Positions 51,692 to 64,000 of a stretch of 64,000 nt of DNA are shown piece by piece (position 1 is the first letter of the stretch; each line of letters begins with the position of its first letter). A program made the position numbers and the translations under genes. The DNA comes from Macrostomum lignano. Lineage: Eukaryota. The stretch lies in NCBI GenBank assembly GCA_002269645.1, contig NIVC01002863.1, forward strand, positions 70,358 through 134,357, given 5' to 3'. The notes under the pieces are model-generated. The model did no database searches. It saw only the letters and a program-made list of their open reading frames with translations, and was not told the origin of the DNA.

Positions 51692-54600
51692 TTAAGCTTT
51701 TTCGGGATGCTTCCTAGCCGAACGGCTGAACATTGTGACCAGCTTCACAAACACCTGGTCCAGCGACATCTGGTAGAGGGCCCAGTAGCTCACCCCCAGC
51801 CGGCCCTGGTTGGCCGCCAGCCACTTCAGCGCACCCGACAGGCTCCGCACCGCCGACTTGGGCACCGAGAACTGCATGACCAGGCCCAGGCCGAGGTCCT
51901 CCTGCGTCTGCGCTCCTTTGAACTGCTCCGACACTGCTTTCTTGATGACCAGCTTCTTCTGTCTGACTACTGACTCGGTCTCCGGGGCCAGCAGCAGCTC
52001 CAGCGTGTACGCGTCTCCGTGGCTGCGGACAGTTGGATTTTAATTCTCTAGCTAATAATGCCCTAGTAATGTTGCGAAAGATAATTACGAGTATTTATTG
52101 CCAATGCAAAAAAAGAAAAACCAATAACTCGTGTGCCTACAACAAGGTGGTTAGTTGTCAGGGGTTTCAAAATGTCCTTTGCAAATAGTAAAACCAGAAG
52201 CTCTCACCGACTCCTTAGCTGCTGCACGGTGCCCACTGAGATCATCCTGCCCTTGTTCATGATGCCCACCCGACTGCACAGAGCCTCGACCTCCTCCATG
52301 CTGTGAGTCGTGACCATGACCGACCTCTGCTTGTGCACCATGCGGCGGATGGCGCCCCAGATGAAGCGCTTGTTCTCGGGATCTACGCCGGTCGAGGCCT
52401 CGTCGATGACGATGAGCGCCGGGTCGCCCAGCAGAGCGATGGCGAGGCAGAGACGCCGCTTGTTGCCGCCCGACAGCTGGCCGGCCTGCTTGTCGCTGTG
52501 CTGCGACAGGCCGAGGCTCTGCATCAGCCGGATTGTCTGTCGCTCCGCCTCGATCGAGTCCAGACCGCGGATGTCCGCGTAGAAGCGGATGTGCTCGGCC
52601 ACGGTGATGCAGTTGAACAGCGGGTTGTGCTGCGGGCAGTAGCCGATGGCGCCGACTGTGGCTCCTTCCCGACCGGACAACCAGGCACCATCCTGCACGT
52701 GGACCTCGCAGGCGCCCTCCGTCGCGACCTCCTCGCCGACAATCACCGACATGGAGGTGGACTTGCCGGCTCCGTTCGCGCCCAGCAGACCGAAGATCTC
52801 ACCGGCCATCGCTCCGAAGGTGACGCCTCGCACAGCGTGGACTCCGTTGGGGTAAATCTTTTGCAGCTGTCGCACCTCCAGCACGTTCTTGGAGCCCCTG
52901 GGAGCCGCCAGCACCCGCTCTGCTTCTTTCTTTGCGCCTTCTTCTATGTCGCTGTCTGCTTTTACAGGTCTTTTCGTTAGACTTTTTTTGCAGAAGAAAT
53001 TCCTAATGTTCTCGATTGTTACCGTTTGGTTCTCAAGCATGCAGATAGCACAGCACAGTAAAATTATGTGCAGTGGTAAAGCCAGCGTTGAATAAAAAAC
53101 GTCTGAATACTTCCATATATTCCTCACGAGGCCAGGCAGCGCAGATGCATCTTTCTTCTTGTAGTATTGAGCTTTGTAGACCACATACTCTACGCAGCAG
53201 CACATTAGGCGTAGTGGTGTCAAAGGCGGTAATATCGAAATCATCACCCGCAGGGCCGTTACGTTTCTAACAGCATAAGAAACCATTACCAAAGAAATGA
53301 AGACGGCGTTGCAGCAGACAGTAACTACCATGCTCTTTCTCTTGCTGATGAGGGCTATCGTATAGATGGTCAGAAGGTTGGAAGTTATTCCAAAAATTAG
53401 CGCAGGCAGAAATCCTCCGAGGATGAGATACGCAGATCTGTGGGCTGCGGACAGCATTAGCAGGCCAAAAGCAGCGCTGAAAAAGGTCGCGTACTGAAGC
53501 CAGTGTAAGGCAAATGTGTTGATCCAGTAGGAAAACCGGCCCATACCAGTCGACAGGAGGTAAGCACGTACTCTGCTGCTTATGTCTTCGATTGGGTCAG
53601 TCAGGTAGGAAGCTGGGATAAGATTAAAGAGAAAAAACATATAAACCACTCCCATTCCAAAGTCAAAAAAACCGCCAAGCGGATTCAGATACGACAAGGC
53701 CGTTGATTCTCCAGGTTCAGTCGAGAGAAATTGTCCAAAGAGCTTGGCGATTCCCCTGCGGAAAATGTGCACTGGTAGAACACGTACACTTTCCTCATAA
53801 TAGACACCTATGCTGATAGATCTGTTGGAGCCGGTTGCATTCAGCAGCCAGGAAGATGCATAATAGATTACGCAAGGAATCATCGATTTGCTATCTAACC
53901 AATTGTTTCTCTTCATTCCAGCTCGCAGTGCTTCTGTTGTAGAACTCTGCGCCATAAAGTCATTCAGACTCTGAGACTCGGGCTTCACTAGAACAATTGG
54001 CTTCTTTTTCTGGGCATCACCACCCAGAGCCAGAGCTCTGCAGATGTCGGAACCGCCAGCAATGTCAGTCTGATTCAAATCAAAGACACAAGCCGTAGCC
54101 AGCTCTGTGAAGCCGAAATCTGTTGCTCGAATTTTACCTCGTAGACTTTTTAGACATGGCGTCCATTTCGATTAAATCAATGTCGGTTTCATTTTTTCTT
54201 TTCGAATTCGTGTATGTAAGAGACTGATAAGTTATCAGAATCAGCAACACGGAAGGCAGTAAAACTCTGCTTAAAAGAGTAATCCAACCGCGCAACACTC
54301 TCTTGAAGTTCACCTGAAAGAATGCCACGAACTGTTTGATTGCAGAATGTTTTGTCTGACGCGATGTCCCTTGTCCTTGTAGATCCGAATCTTCTTTCGC
54401 TAAAGATTTCTCAACCGACAAAACAGCGCGCTCTGAAGGCAGGGAGCGTGTCAGAGTATCCGACTGAAATGCCTTGATGATCTCTTCGGAATCCATCCCG
54501 CCAAGCTTCATAAAAACGTCGTCCAGTGACGCTTGAGACAGACCGAACGTTTCAACCTCGCTGCTGGTCTCCAGCACCTGCACCGCCTCGGTCAAAACAG

Positions 54601-57231
54601 ACGAGTTCAATGCGGGAACCTCCAGCTGCAGCTCGGTCTCCTCCCGGCTCTTTAATCGGACCTGCTTCAGCTTGGCCAGCAGCGACTCCGCGCCTGACTT
54701 GGACTTCAGCGACACATTCAGCGTGAAGCTGCAGCCGAACGCTCGCTTCAGAAACATCGAAGACCCAGCGCACACGATCTTGCCGCCGCACAGGAAGATC
54801 TTGCGGTCCACCAGGATGTCCGCCTCGTCCATGAACTGCGTGCACAGGATGATGGAGCGGGCGCTCTTCTCCTCCTGCAGCAGCTGCCACAGCTGCCGCC
54901 TCGACACCGGGTCCAGTCCGCTCGTTGGCTCGTCGAGAAACACAACGTCCGGGTCGCCCAGCAGAGCTAGGATCGTGCTCACCTTTCTCTTCTGACCGCC
55001 GCTCAGGTCGCAAGACAGCACATCCTCCTTGTCTCCGAGACCGAGTCTCTGCAGCATTCCGCGAGCTCTCTCCAGCTGGCTGGTGTCGCTGGCCGCCCTG
55101 CTGACCAGCGTGACTCGGATGCACTCCATCACGGTGAGCGAGTCGCAGAGGGCGTCGAACTGCGGACAGGTGCTGATCCGACCTCTGAGCGACAGACGGA
55201 GCAGCGAGTTCGTCACCAGACAGCCGCCGATGTGGGCCGTTCCCTCGTCTGGCAGCTCCTCGCCTGTGAGGATTCTGATGAGCGTCGACTTGCCAGCGCC
55301 GTTGTGTCCGATGAGAGCCGTGATCTGGCCTCGGTAAATGGTGCCTGCAGTTTTTAGGAATATAAAATTAGCATCTTAGAGAAAGAGCGTTAATTATTTA
55401 AGTTCAGTGATGCTGCGAGATTCATTAAGTGTAGCAATGCCTAATGTGGCTGTTACATTCTCCAGTGTAAAAACAATTATTTACTTCTTTTAGCAGTGTG
55501 CTATGTGGTCAGAATTTAAGGAGTAATAAACAATTCATTTTCTTATGACTAGTATAGAATATAGATTGTATATAGACACTAAATGCTTGCGCAAACAGCA
55601 TATAGGCATATTGGTGATGCAGACTTACATGACAGCTGCTTCAACACGAGCCACTTCATTCTCCCGGAACAGCAGCCGCTGCTGTACGTCTTGCTGACCT
55701 CCTTGGCTTCAACAATCGAAGAAAGACCAATCACCGGCTCGATATTGGGTTCGGATTTTTTCGCATCATTGCTTTTAGTATCTTCTATGGCAGCGCTTGT
55801 CGCCACCTGTGGCCGCCAGAAGCTGGCCCTGACTGGATAGCTCAGCGATAAGCAAAAGCCGTTGCCCGTCCTCACCAGAAAGTCCAAGTAAAATTTCAGC
55901 AGCATCAGGACGAAAAATCCTATCAAATTCGCGACTAGAATTTGAGACAGCCGGCTTGGATTGACCTTCGAATGTCTTTTTCCAGTCCAGAGACGCTCCT
56001 CGTCGAGGCTGAATTTTCCGCTAATGAACTCAGCGGAGAACAGTATGGGAAACAGGTGTAGCATAACGGTCCCAGTGCTTTCCAAAAACTTACGGTTAGA
56101 AAATGCGGCGATGCAGACAATGCTGACGGCCATTGTAGATGAGACTACCAGAATGAATGACGGCAGCAGCAGCTCAAGCAGCAGTGCAAAGGCAGCCAGG
56201 TAGAGGCAGTAAAGCAGAAAGAAGCCAAATATGCTGGCCATGCCTGCAGCCGAGAATACGCCTGGACACTGAACTGTGTGAGATGCCGTATAAATTCCAG
56301 CAAAAACGAGACACTCAGTTAGAGTGACGAGCCAGATAACAAGCCAATAGGCGGATACCGACAGTCCATTGCGAAACAGCTGCTGCAGGAAGCCTCCTGT
56401 CTTGAGTATTCGGATGCAGGATATGGTAGAGCTGAGCAGATAGAACATCATGCCAATAGCTGAAAGGCCGGCTGTGAAGCCTGTGCCAAGCTGAAACAAA
56501 CTTTCAAGCGAGCCGTCCTTGACCCAGCCTGCACAGGTAGACTGCGGCAGGTCTGCATTCAGTTTCGCAGTCGAAGGCAGCTTATCAGCCGCCGAACTGT
56601 TGCTGGATTTAGTATGACGCTGCAAAAATAGCCGCAGGTTAATAAAATGCGCAGGTGAAAATCGTTTCGCCATTGACTGAACCATGATGCTGTATAGAAA
56701 GGCGCACCTAAAGCTGGCCAGCTTGTACTGCTCTTCATCTTTAAAGCATTCAAGTACTGATCTTTTCGTTTCGGGTGTTTTTGAGTACCTGATAAGGGCA
56801 ATCACTGACTCATCAGACCGATGGATGAACTGCTCCCTGCACTCGCTCTCTGAGCCGCAGTCTTCAATCCAGTTGGTGCTGCTGCCTCCGGACATCTGCA
56901 CGATACTGGCTGCAGCCGTTGTCTCGGCGGAGAAGTCAGAACGGCCCGCCAGAACTTTGGCCTTTGATGTAGCAAAGTCCGCCGCTCCATAGGACAGGAA
57001 TCGATCGTTCAATGCATCAGCGCCGGCGTTGGAAGTCGCGTGTGGTGTCAAGAACGGAAGCACGTGCTGGTTAGACATCAGCAGAGGTATTGGAATGATC
57101 AGAAAGGCGAAGCGCCATGACTTGAGCTTTAGCAGCAGCAGCAGCAGTTGTTTGCAGATCCAGAAGTAGCTTCCAGTCGTGGCTGAACGCTTGCTTTCAT
57201 GTTGCTTATCGTCAATCTGGTTGCCTGACAT
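51692..57231 (-). CDS. ABCA-family full transporter paralog B; join(57231..55629,55344..52208,52022..51692), about 1,690 aa, with one apparent +1 frameshift near 54145
   Basis: TMD1, NBD1 ([28 protein letters not shown]), TMD2 and NBD2 ([18 protein letters not shown]). GT-AG introns at the same positions as in the other paralogs. Removing one A from an A5 run restores a continuous frame. Confidence 0.85.
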
Positions 57232-57630
57232 TGGTTTGTTATATTTTTGTTGACTTTAACCTCGAGCTACCAATCGTATTGAGCAGAACTGGGGCCTAAT
57301 ACCTTTTAAATCTTTCAGTTGGCTTTGCGGCTTTTACTTTTTTAAAGCCAGCAAAGCTCTGCCCCCACACATGGACTTCTATACTTAGTATAGAAGTCCA
57401 TGCCCCACAACACCGCAAGGGTGCTGCGTCTCCTGCGCCGTACGTGCAGTGCCATAGACAGAACCGCATTTTCTCACGCCCAAATTTTCCCGACAGTTTT
57501 TTTACCGCCGAGGTTTGGCTGCCTAGGTTATGCGGAACTAATCACCGGAACTATTTTTGAATGCATTCTTAAATCTGAAGCCATATTCAAACAAAAACTT
57601 TTTAATAGTTAGACAAAACTCAATATTATT

Positions 57631-57669
57631 TGCGACGCGTTTCGGCTAAAACTAGCCATCTTCAGGCAC
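57631..57669 (-). ncRNA. Second, identical minimal hammerhead ribozyme on the opposite strand
   Basis: Exact reverse complement of the 57764-57802 motif. Confidence 0.85.
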
Positions 57670-57763
57670 TATCGAACAGTTGCTGGATCGAACAGTTTCT
57701 TTTCAATACCTGATTTTGTCGTCTACACAGTATTTAATAGGTTGAAATAAATTCTGTTCGATA

Positions 57764-57802
57764 GTGCCTGAAGATGGCTAGTTTTAGCCGAAACGCGTCG
57801 CA
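57764..57802 (+). ncRNA. Minimal type I hammerhead ribozyme (PLE-type)
   Basis: tgc-CUGAAGA-u-[GGCUA-guuu-UAGCC]-GAAA-CGCG-UC^gca: core intact, 5-bp stem II, palindromic ACGCGU stem III, GUC cleavage triplet at 57797-57799, 3-bp proximal stem I (ugc/gca). Confidence 0.85.
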
Positions 57803-58259
57803 AATAATATTGAGTTTTGTCTTACTATTATCTGTTAAGAGTGCTTCTCTACCGCAATTCTATTTTTAATAGTTAGGATAGAGGTAACCAAAAAAATTGG
57901 AGTAAATTCGCGTTAAATTAAGATTTGAGGCATTTGAAACTTCTCTCCCCTTCTCGTATTTAACAATCTTCTCTTCTGTCTCCTCTCTTCTCTCTTCTCT
58001 TTCCTCTCTCCTTCCTTTCTTTTCTCGTCTCATCTATCACCTTATCTCGTGTCTCTACTCTCTCATCTCTCGTATCTCTCCTCTCCTCTCTGCTCTTCCA
58101 TCCCTTCTCTCTCCTTTATTTTTCTATTATCTGCTCTCCTTTTTTCTCTCCTCTTATGTTCTCTCTCATTTAATCTTTCACCTCTTCTCTCTCCTCTATT
58201 CCTACTCCTTTCTTCCCTCATCTGGCCCGCAGCCATGATCTCTTATCTGGCCCTTGAGG

Positions 58260-58535
58260 ACTCAGAACTGAAGGGTCGGGGTTCGATTCATTTTCTCGAC
58301 TCACTTGGAACAAACTGTGTCCTTGAGCAAGACACTTCACTCTGAATTGCTTCAGCTCACCCAGCTGTAAAATGGGTGCCACCAGCATTAGCTGGGGTAA
58401 TTGGAGTGGGTGTGGCGACCCCCCAGTCCTTGGACTGAACAGCCGTATGCAGCCTTCAGATGCGCCGCGCAATAGCTGCGTCTGAGCTGTCGGTTGCACA
58501 TCTGTCAATTAGGGCGGATGTAATAAAAAATAAAG
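58260..58535 (+). mobile_element. CORE-SINE (MIR-like) with truncated tRNA-derived head
   Basis: B-box ggttcgattc, then tgtgtccttgagcaagacacttcactctg...ctgtaaaatggg resembling the CORE consensus (TGTGACCTTGGGCAAGTCACTTAAC...CTGTAAAATGGG). A-rich tail taataaaaaataaa. Confidence 0.7.
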
Positions 58536-58537
58536 AT

Positions 58538-58960
58538 GGTTGATCTCGGCCAGCTGAGCAGCCTTGAGCTGTCCAGCCGGGCGTGTAAAAGTTGCTGCTC
58601 TTCGCCTTCGCACTGCTGGCAGCAAATTTAGTGCTGATAAATGGAGAAGGAAAAATCCTGTTGCCGCTGGTGCTGCGAAACTCCTCCCACTGTCTGCAGA
58701 CAGCCGCTCCGGAGTTCTTGGATATAAACCATAGTCTAGCCCGGGTGATGACGCAATGCTTGAGAGACTAGCTGAAGATGTCCGTCAGTTGTGGTTTTCC
58801 ACTGTCGAGGCTCCATCAGAGACATCAGAAAATTCGCAACAGGGTCTTCATAGTCACCTGGTGTCAACTGCTGAAGTTCCAGAAGCTCCGCCTGGTGAAG
58901 TTATGAAATTTCGAGGCTTGGCAAGTCTGCACTGAGGCGCATTGCTGGTTGGCACAAAGG
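58538..58960 (-). pseudogene. Internally deleted pseudogene paralog of the 13.8-14.9 kb secreted protein
   Basis: TMVYIQE / WEEFRSTSGNRIFPSPFISTKFAASSAKAKSSNFY / AGQLKAAQLAEINH align to TMVFIQE / WREFRSDSANNFSTPFISATFAANNKEAKSSKNY / AGQLTAAQLAEINA. Frameshifts; left boundary firm, right boundary approximate. Confidence 0.75.
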
Positions 58961-60481
58961 AAAAATCCGACCTTCTGGCACAATCGTTGAATATCTCTTT
59001 ATGTCACTATTCCTTTGATAATGCTGATCAATCAAAATACATCAATCTACTTTGTTTCATCAGAGTATTTCCAAGGGTGCTTGCGTTACCTGATTCATTG
59101 GAGCCAACGTTCCCGTTTTTATGCTGTCATGGTTAAAGTACAGGTGCCCATCGAGGCATCGCGCATCCACTGTTTGCATGGCCAGTGATGTCGCCAGAGT
59201 GATGAACCGCGGGGCTCTTCGGTGAGGCGGTTACCCAACGAATGAACAACAACACACATAATCGTTTTTCAAGAATTTTGGCACTGAAAAGGTCTTCTTC
59301 TGGTCCTGTGCCACAAAGCTGTACCACCGGACTCAGTTACTGCGGTTTCAGCCGGTGTGGGATACCCGCGTCCTCAGCAAAATGGGTTCCGGCCCCATAG
59401 CGGATGAGTCGCGAATGCGCCTGTAGATCCTGATTGCTATCTTTATAGACTTTTTAATTCTGACGTCAGGGTCGTACTTCGAGCGTACAACATGACGCCA
59501 TCAGGATCAGGGATGTCTCACAAAAGCTGATATACCGTTGATACCGGACGGCCTATCGGACTTCTTTGATACAACCCGTGAGGTGCTCAAGGGAGTCTAA
59601 TGTTTGACTGGGTGTTTGACTGGACTGCTCTTCCTGCTTTCTGCTAAGCTAACGGGTGGATTGACGCCAGCTCAGCGTGCTTGGCTCAACCAGAGCTTAA
59701 CCGTCCAGGGCACGATCCAACGACAGCTAAACAAGCTGCATGCTGTTGCAGCGAGTGCCAGCCTGATGGCCAACGCACAGAAGCTCGTTGAGCTCTGTGT
59801 TCAAGGCTGCAATTTTGTGCGGATACTGACGCACTGGCGACAAAACTTCAGCGCTGTCAGCAGTTTATCTGCCTCAGCGGTTGGGTTGCCAGGGGCTGCC
59901 TTTCGTTCTGGACGCTGACAGATCGCTCACAGCAATTTGATCCGAAGCACTCTGGCTTGCTGTGCGCCTTCAAAATCGGTGCTGAGCAAGGCTCCGACAC
60001 AGCAGTATCGCTGCGCCGGCCTTGTCAGGCCAAGCGACCTGTTGCGCCGTCGGGGAGTCCAACTGGCAAACCACATCACCCGCGCCAAGTCATAGCTCTT
60101 TCACAAGGGGCGTTTCATCGACTGCTTGCTGGCTGACGCCGTTGCCCCGCCCTGTGACGCTGCTCCAGTTAAGACCCTGACTGATAGCTGATGGTTAAAA
60201 CCTACAGAAAAACAAAATTTAAAATTAAAAATAACTCAGAGCAGGAATATAAGCAAGATTCAGGCATCATAACAAAGAAAACTATTTAAAAAGCAAAATG
60301 CTCTCTTGTTGGAAGCTTCAGCGAGGCGAGACTACCATAGAGTACTGCTGAGTGCAAAAGATTTTAGTTAACAGCAACATACAATTTCTCTATTCATGTA
60401 GGTGGGACGGACTTTGTTGCAGCCCAACACTGCAGAGGTTCGCAGTCGGCAAGCAAGCAACAAAAGCTACGAACCTCCTGA

Positions 60482-63400
60482 ATGCCACTCGTCAATAGAA
60501 AGCAGCCGTCAACAGCTGCGTCCAAGCCGGGGCAGACTCTGAACTCTAAAATCTGGTTTGAACAGTTTAAGATGCTGCTTCTGCTGCTGCTGAAGCTCAA
60601 GGCAGCGCGCTTTGCTACAGTTTTTATACCCATAGCATTGGTAGCCTCCAGTCTTTATATAGTGCCTCTCCTTGGCGACATCAAATCGGAAACAGGAAAA
60701 AACGGCAGCGATCAGCGTGTCTTCTACAGCGCCTCCGACTTTGCAGCATCGAAGGCCAAAGTTCTGGTTGACCGCTCCAGCTTCCCGGCTGAAACAGCAG
60801 CCGCGATCAGCATCATGAAAGCTGGAGGTGGCGATGCTAATTGGATTGAGGAGTGCGGGCCAGAGGCCGACTGCAGAGAGCGGTTCATCAATCTCGGAGG
60901 ACACGAAGCCATTGTTGCCCTGATCCGCTACTCAAAAAAACCAGACGAATCGCGAGCTGTATTGGAATGTCTCCACCTTCATGGAGCTAAAGTCGATATC
61001 AGATGCGCTTTTCTGTACAAGGTGATGGTTCTGTCTATCCAGGCAACCTTGGGTTCGTGAATTTTAAAGAGATACAAATGTTTCAACTTTTTGAAAAATA
61101 TTCAAACAATAGCGATCAGGTAGAGCGCTATGACAACGAAAAGACGAAATCCTTGCCAAACTCGGTTTGTGCCAATGGGGTTAAAAAAGATACATTTAGC
61201 CAATTGACGTCAACGTTTGTACGCATCTCAGTCAGCCTGTCAGCGATCGGAGTGAACTTCTACCTGCTCATCTCTACTGTCTCCTGCATTCGAATAGTCA
61301 GGACCGATGGCTTCCTGCAGCAGCTGTTTCGCAGCGGCCTGTCCGTGTCTGCCTATTGGCTGGTAATTTGGCTCGTCACTGCGCTCGAGTGCCTTTTTTT
61401 CGCGGGCGTTTTCACAGCATCGAACGCGCTGGAGTGTTTGGGAGTTTTTCCAGCCTCAGCCATGGCCCGCCTCTTCATCTTATTCACACTGTTTTGCCTC
61501 AACCTGGCTGCCTTCATGCTGCTGCTGGAGCTGCTGCTGCCACCTCTGGCACTCGTGTCCATGATGACCATCGTGATGAGCATCGGACTTCTGGTAGCAA
61601 GTTTCAACAGTACTTTTCTTCAAGAACAAGCGAAATTCTTATTGTACATTTTTTCGCCACTGTTCGCCACTGAGTACATCATCAAGCTGTTCAACTCTGA
61701 GGTGAGGCGACAGTTCTCAGTAGCTGAGCTGAAGCATGAAGACGACTCTGAGCGACTCTCCCAGATTCTGACCTGGACAGCGATTGGGCTGCTGCTGTTT
61801 GCTCTGTTGCTGACTTATCTGGACTTCATGCTGAGCAGCGGCAATGGTCTTTGTCTATCACCGCACTACCCGTTCATGCCCGACTTCTGGTGCCCGAAAG
61901 GCCACAAGGACCGCAGCGACTCCGCTCCGAGCCAAGGCCCAACAGAAAAGACCGAACTGAACATCGAACCCGTGATGGGGCTGCAACCCGTTGTCCTTGT
62001 GAAGGATGTCAGCAAGAAATATCAGAGCTGCTGTTTTTTCCTTTCAGACGGACCAACTGTGCTAAAGAAACTGTCCTGTAAGCTGTTTCTCTGGCTCTGC
62101 CGTTGCCTAAAATCCAATTTTCCATGACATACTGCAAATTGAAAGTACCCAGGAGTTCCTGACATCTTAGAGCTGAGATAGTAGAACTGAGATGGAAGAG
62201 CTGAGATAGTAGAGCTGAGAACTTGGAGCTAAGATGATAGAGCTGATTCAGAATTAATTGTCAAGTACTACAAGGGGAGAAAAAAACAATCAGTGCAAAT
62301 CTTTCTATCGTAAAATTGTTTAATTGTCATTATCAAGATACCAGTGCACAGTGCAAAAAATTAAAATTATCAGTAACTGGCCAATCGCTATTAGTGGGGC
62401 GGGGGTTGTTTGCCGGCGCCCCTGGTTTGGGGTGGGTCTCGTGTATGGGGGAATAAATCGAAGCCTTTGAAGGGAGTGGATTTCGGTAGGGGGGCTTTTT
62501 GGCTTGCTGTTCTCTCCTTCGCTTGGCTGGCGCTGCTGATACAGCTAGCTATAAGTGATTTCCGCTCATTTCACAATCAAATGCAGGCACGATTTACCGA
62601 GGCCAGATCACGGCTCTCATCGGACACAACGGCGCTGGAAAGTCGACGCTCATCAGAATCCTCACAGGCGAGGAGCTGCCAGACGAGGGAACGGCCCACA
62701 TCGGCGGCTGTCTGGTGACGAACCCGCTGCTCCGTCTGTCGCTCAGAGGTCGGATCAGCACCTGTCCGCAGTTCGACGTCCTCTGCGACTCGCTCACTGT
62801 GATGGAGTGCATCCGAGTCACTCTGGTCAGCAGGGCGGCCAGCGACACCAGCCAGCTTGAGAGAGCTCGCGGAATGCTGCAGAGACTCGGTCTCGGAGAC
62901 AAGGAGGATGTGCTGTCTTGCGACCTGAGCGGCGGTCAGAAGAGAAAGGTGAGCACGATCCTGGCTCTGCTGGGCGACCCGGACGTTGTGTTTCTCGACG
63001 AGCAACGAGCGGACTGGACCCGGTGTCGAGGCGGCAGCTTGGCAGCTGCTGCAGGAGGAGAGACGCCCGCTCCATCATCCTGTGCACGCAGTTCATGGAC
63101 GAGGCGGACATCCTGGCGGACCGCAAGATCTTCCTGTGGCGGCAAGATCGTGTGCGCTGGGTCTTCGATGTTTCTGAAGCGAGCGTTCGGCTGCAGCTTC
63201 ACGCTGAATGTGTCACTGAAGTCCAAGTCAGGCGCGGAGTCGCTGCTGGCCAAGCTGAAGCAGGTCCATGTCAAAAGCCTTGATGAAACGAACTGCAGCT
63301 GGAGGTTCCCGCATTGAACTCGTCTGTTTTGACCGAGGCAGTTCAGGTTCTGGAGACCAGCAGAGAAGTCGAGACGTTCGGTCTGTCTCAGGCTTCTCTC

Positions 63401-64000
63401 GATGACATTTTCATGAGGCTGGGCGGGATGGATTCTGAAGACGTTGTTCGGCATTTCAAGCGGGCACTCTGACGCTTTCCCAGCTTTCCAGAAAAAAGAC
63501 TTACCGGTTGAGACTCCCGTTAAGACGGAAGCTTCAAAGCCGTGGCTGATAAATTCTAACAAAGCAAAAACTTCTGCCGTGGTCCAGTTTGTCGCCTTGT
63601 TCATTGTGAACATGAAGCGGCAGGTGCGGGATCCGTTCAATCTTGTGGCAGAATTCTTGTGCCCGCCCCTGCTCGTAGCGATAGCTGTTGGCTCTGCTCG
63701 GTCAATAGATTTCGTGACGGAGAAGACAAATGCCTCAGCACAAAACCAGATGGATATTCTGGCCGTCCTCAATCCATGCGACTCAGTTTTTTGAATGCAG
63801 GAGATTCCCATTGCGTGCGTTTCCGACGGAGACGCAAATCCGTGTCCGTGGACGAGTGCAAGCGACTCGCTCTTCCAAGAAGCGACTGGAAAGAAAGCAC
63901 CTAGTGCACCAATCCTTATCAAAAGTCTCCATCTCAAAGCTTAGAGCAATTTCTGTCGCTGAAGTCAACCAAGGACAAGCTCTACGGCGAGTTGAAGGCG
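60482..64000 (+). CDS. ABCA-family transporter paralog C, 5' part (exon 1 60482..62077, exon 2 from 62587 running off the window); multiple indels
   Basis: TMD1 homologous to paralogs A and B. Donor ctgtcct|GTAAGC and acceptor atgcAG|gcac as in B. NBD1 GHNGAGKST and LSGGQKRK. Several 1-nt indels relative to B (near 61040, 63003, 63055 and 63135). Confidence 0.75.

Larger units (their letters stand above)
57613..57862 (+). mobile_element. 250-bp Penelope-like (pLTR-only) insertion with inverted structure and 14-bp TSD
   Basis: TTTTTAATAGTTAG at 57599-57612 and 57863-57876; the host Helitron sequence resumes on both sides. Perfect 69-bp inverted repeat (57611-57679 vs 57754-57822), then a 40-nt 3' tail. 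Confidence 0.8.
57545..58255 (-). mobile_element. Degenerate solo fragment of the same Helitron family as the 16-32 kb array
   Basis: ccggaactatttttg..aaatctga..aaacaaaaactt..aatagttag..gatagaggta, a CT-rich tract and ctcatctggcccgcagccatga all match array units. Confidence 0.75.

Noticed and set aside
59420-59515. gatcctgat/atcaggatc 9-bp stem enclosing small palindromes as a structured ncRNA
   Set aside because: The stem is too short and no known RNA motif was recognised; it would need covariance evidence.
37290-63810. Frame disruption at a similar post-NBD1 position in all three ABCA paralogs, read as programmed frameshifting or a 35-36-nt micro-intron
   Set aside because: The required shifts differ (A -1, B +1, C in-frame stop), all lie at homopolymer runs, the segment aligns as coding between A and B, and no GT-AG pair fixes B. 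Indel error or decay is simpler.

Overview
Eukaryotic, intron-containing, TE-rich invertebrate genomic DNA. The GC3-rich exons and intronic minisatellites resemble a free-living flatworm such as Macrostomum; that assignment is inference only. Host genes: a universal-stress-protein gene (partial), UBE2D, a TCF20/RAI1-like extended-PHD gene, a secreted PAN/apple plus beta-sandwich protein with a decayed paralog 44 kb away, and three ABCA transporter paralogs (+,-,+) with several frameshifts that may be real or long-read indel errors. About half of the window is mobile DNA, much of it nested. Main structures: (1) a 7,765-bp almost perfect palindrome with CACTA...TAGTG ends, a 4-bp TSD, a 53-bp spacer and no transposase, inserted in a BEL/Pao gag ORF; (2) five head-to-tail non-autonomous Helitrons (15.4 kb) inside the 3' region of a piggyBac element with an uninterrupted 587-aa transposase ORF; (3) a 250-bp Penelope-like insertion with two inverted minimal hammerhead ribozymes and a 14-bp TSD; (4) a 5'-truncated LINE with a 23-bp TSD in a (CAA)n tract. 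Also present: a decayed mariner, MITEs and SINEs. All alignments were done by eye, so identities and some boundaries are approximate.
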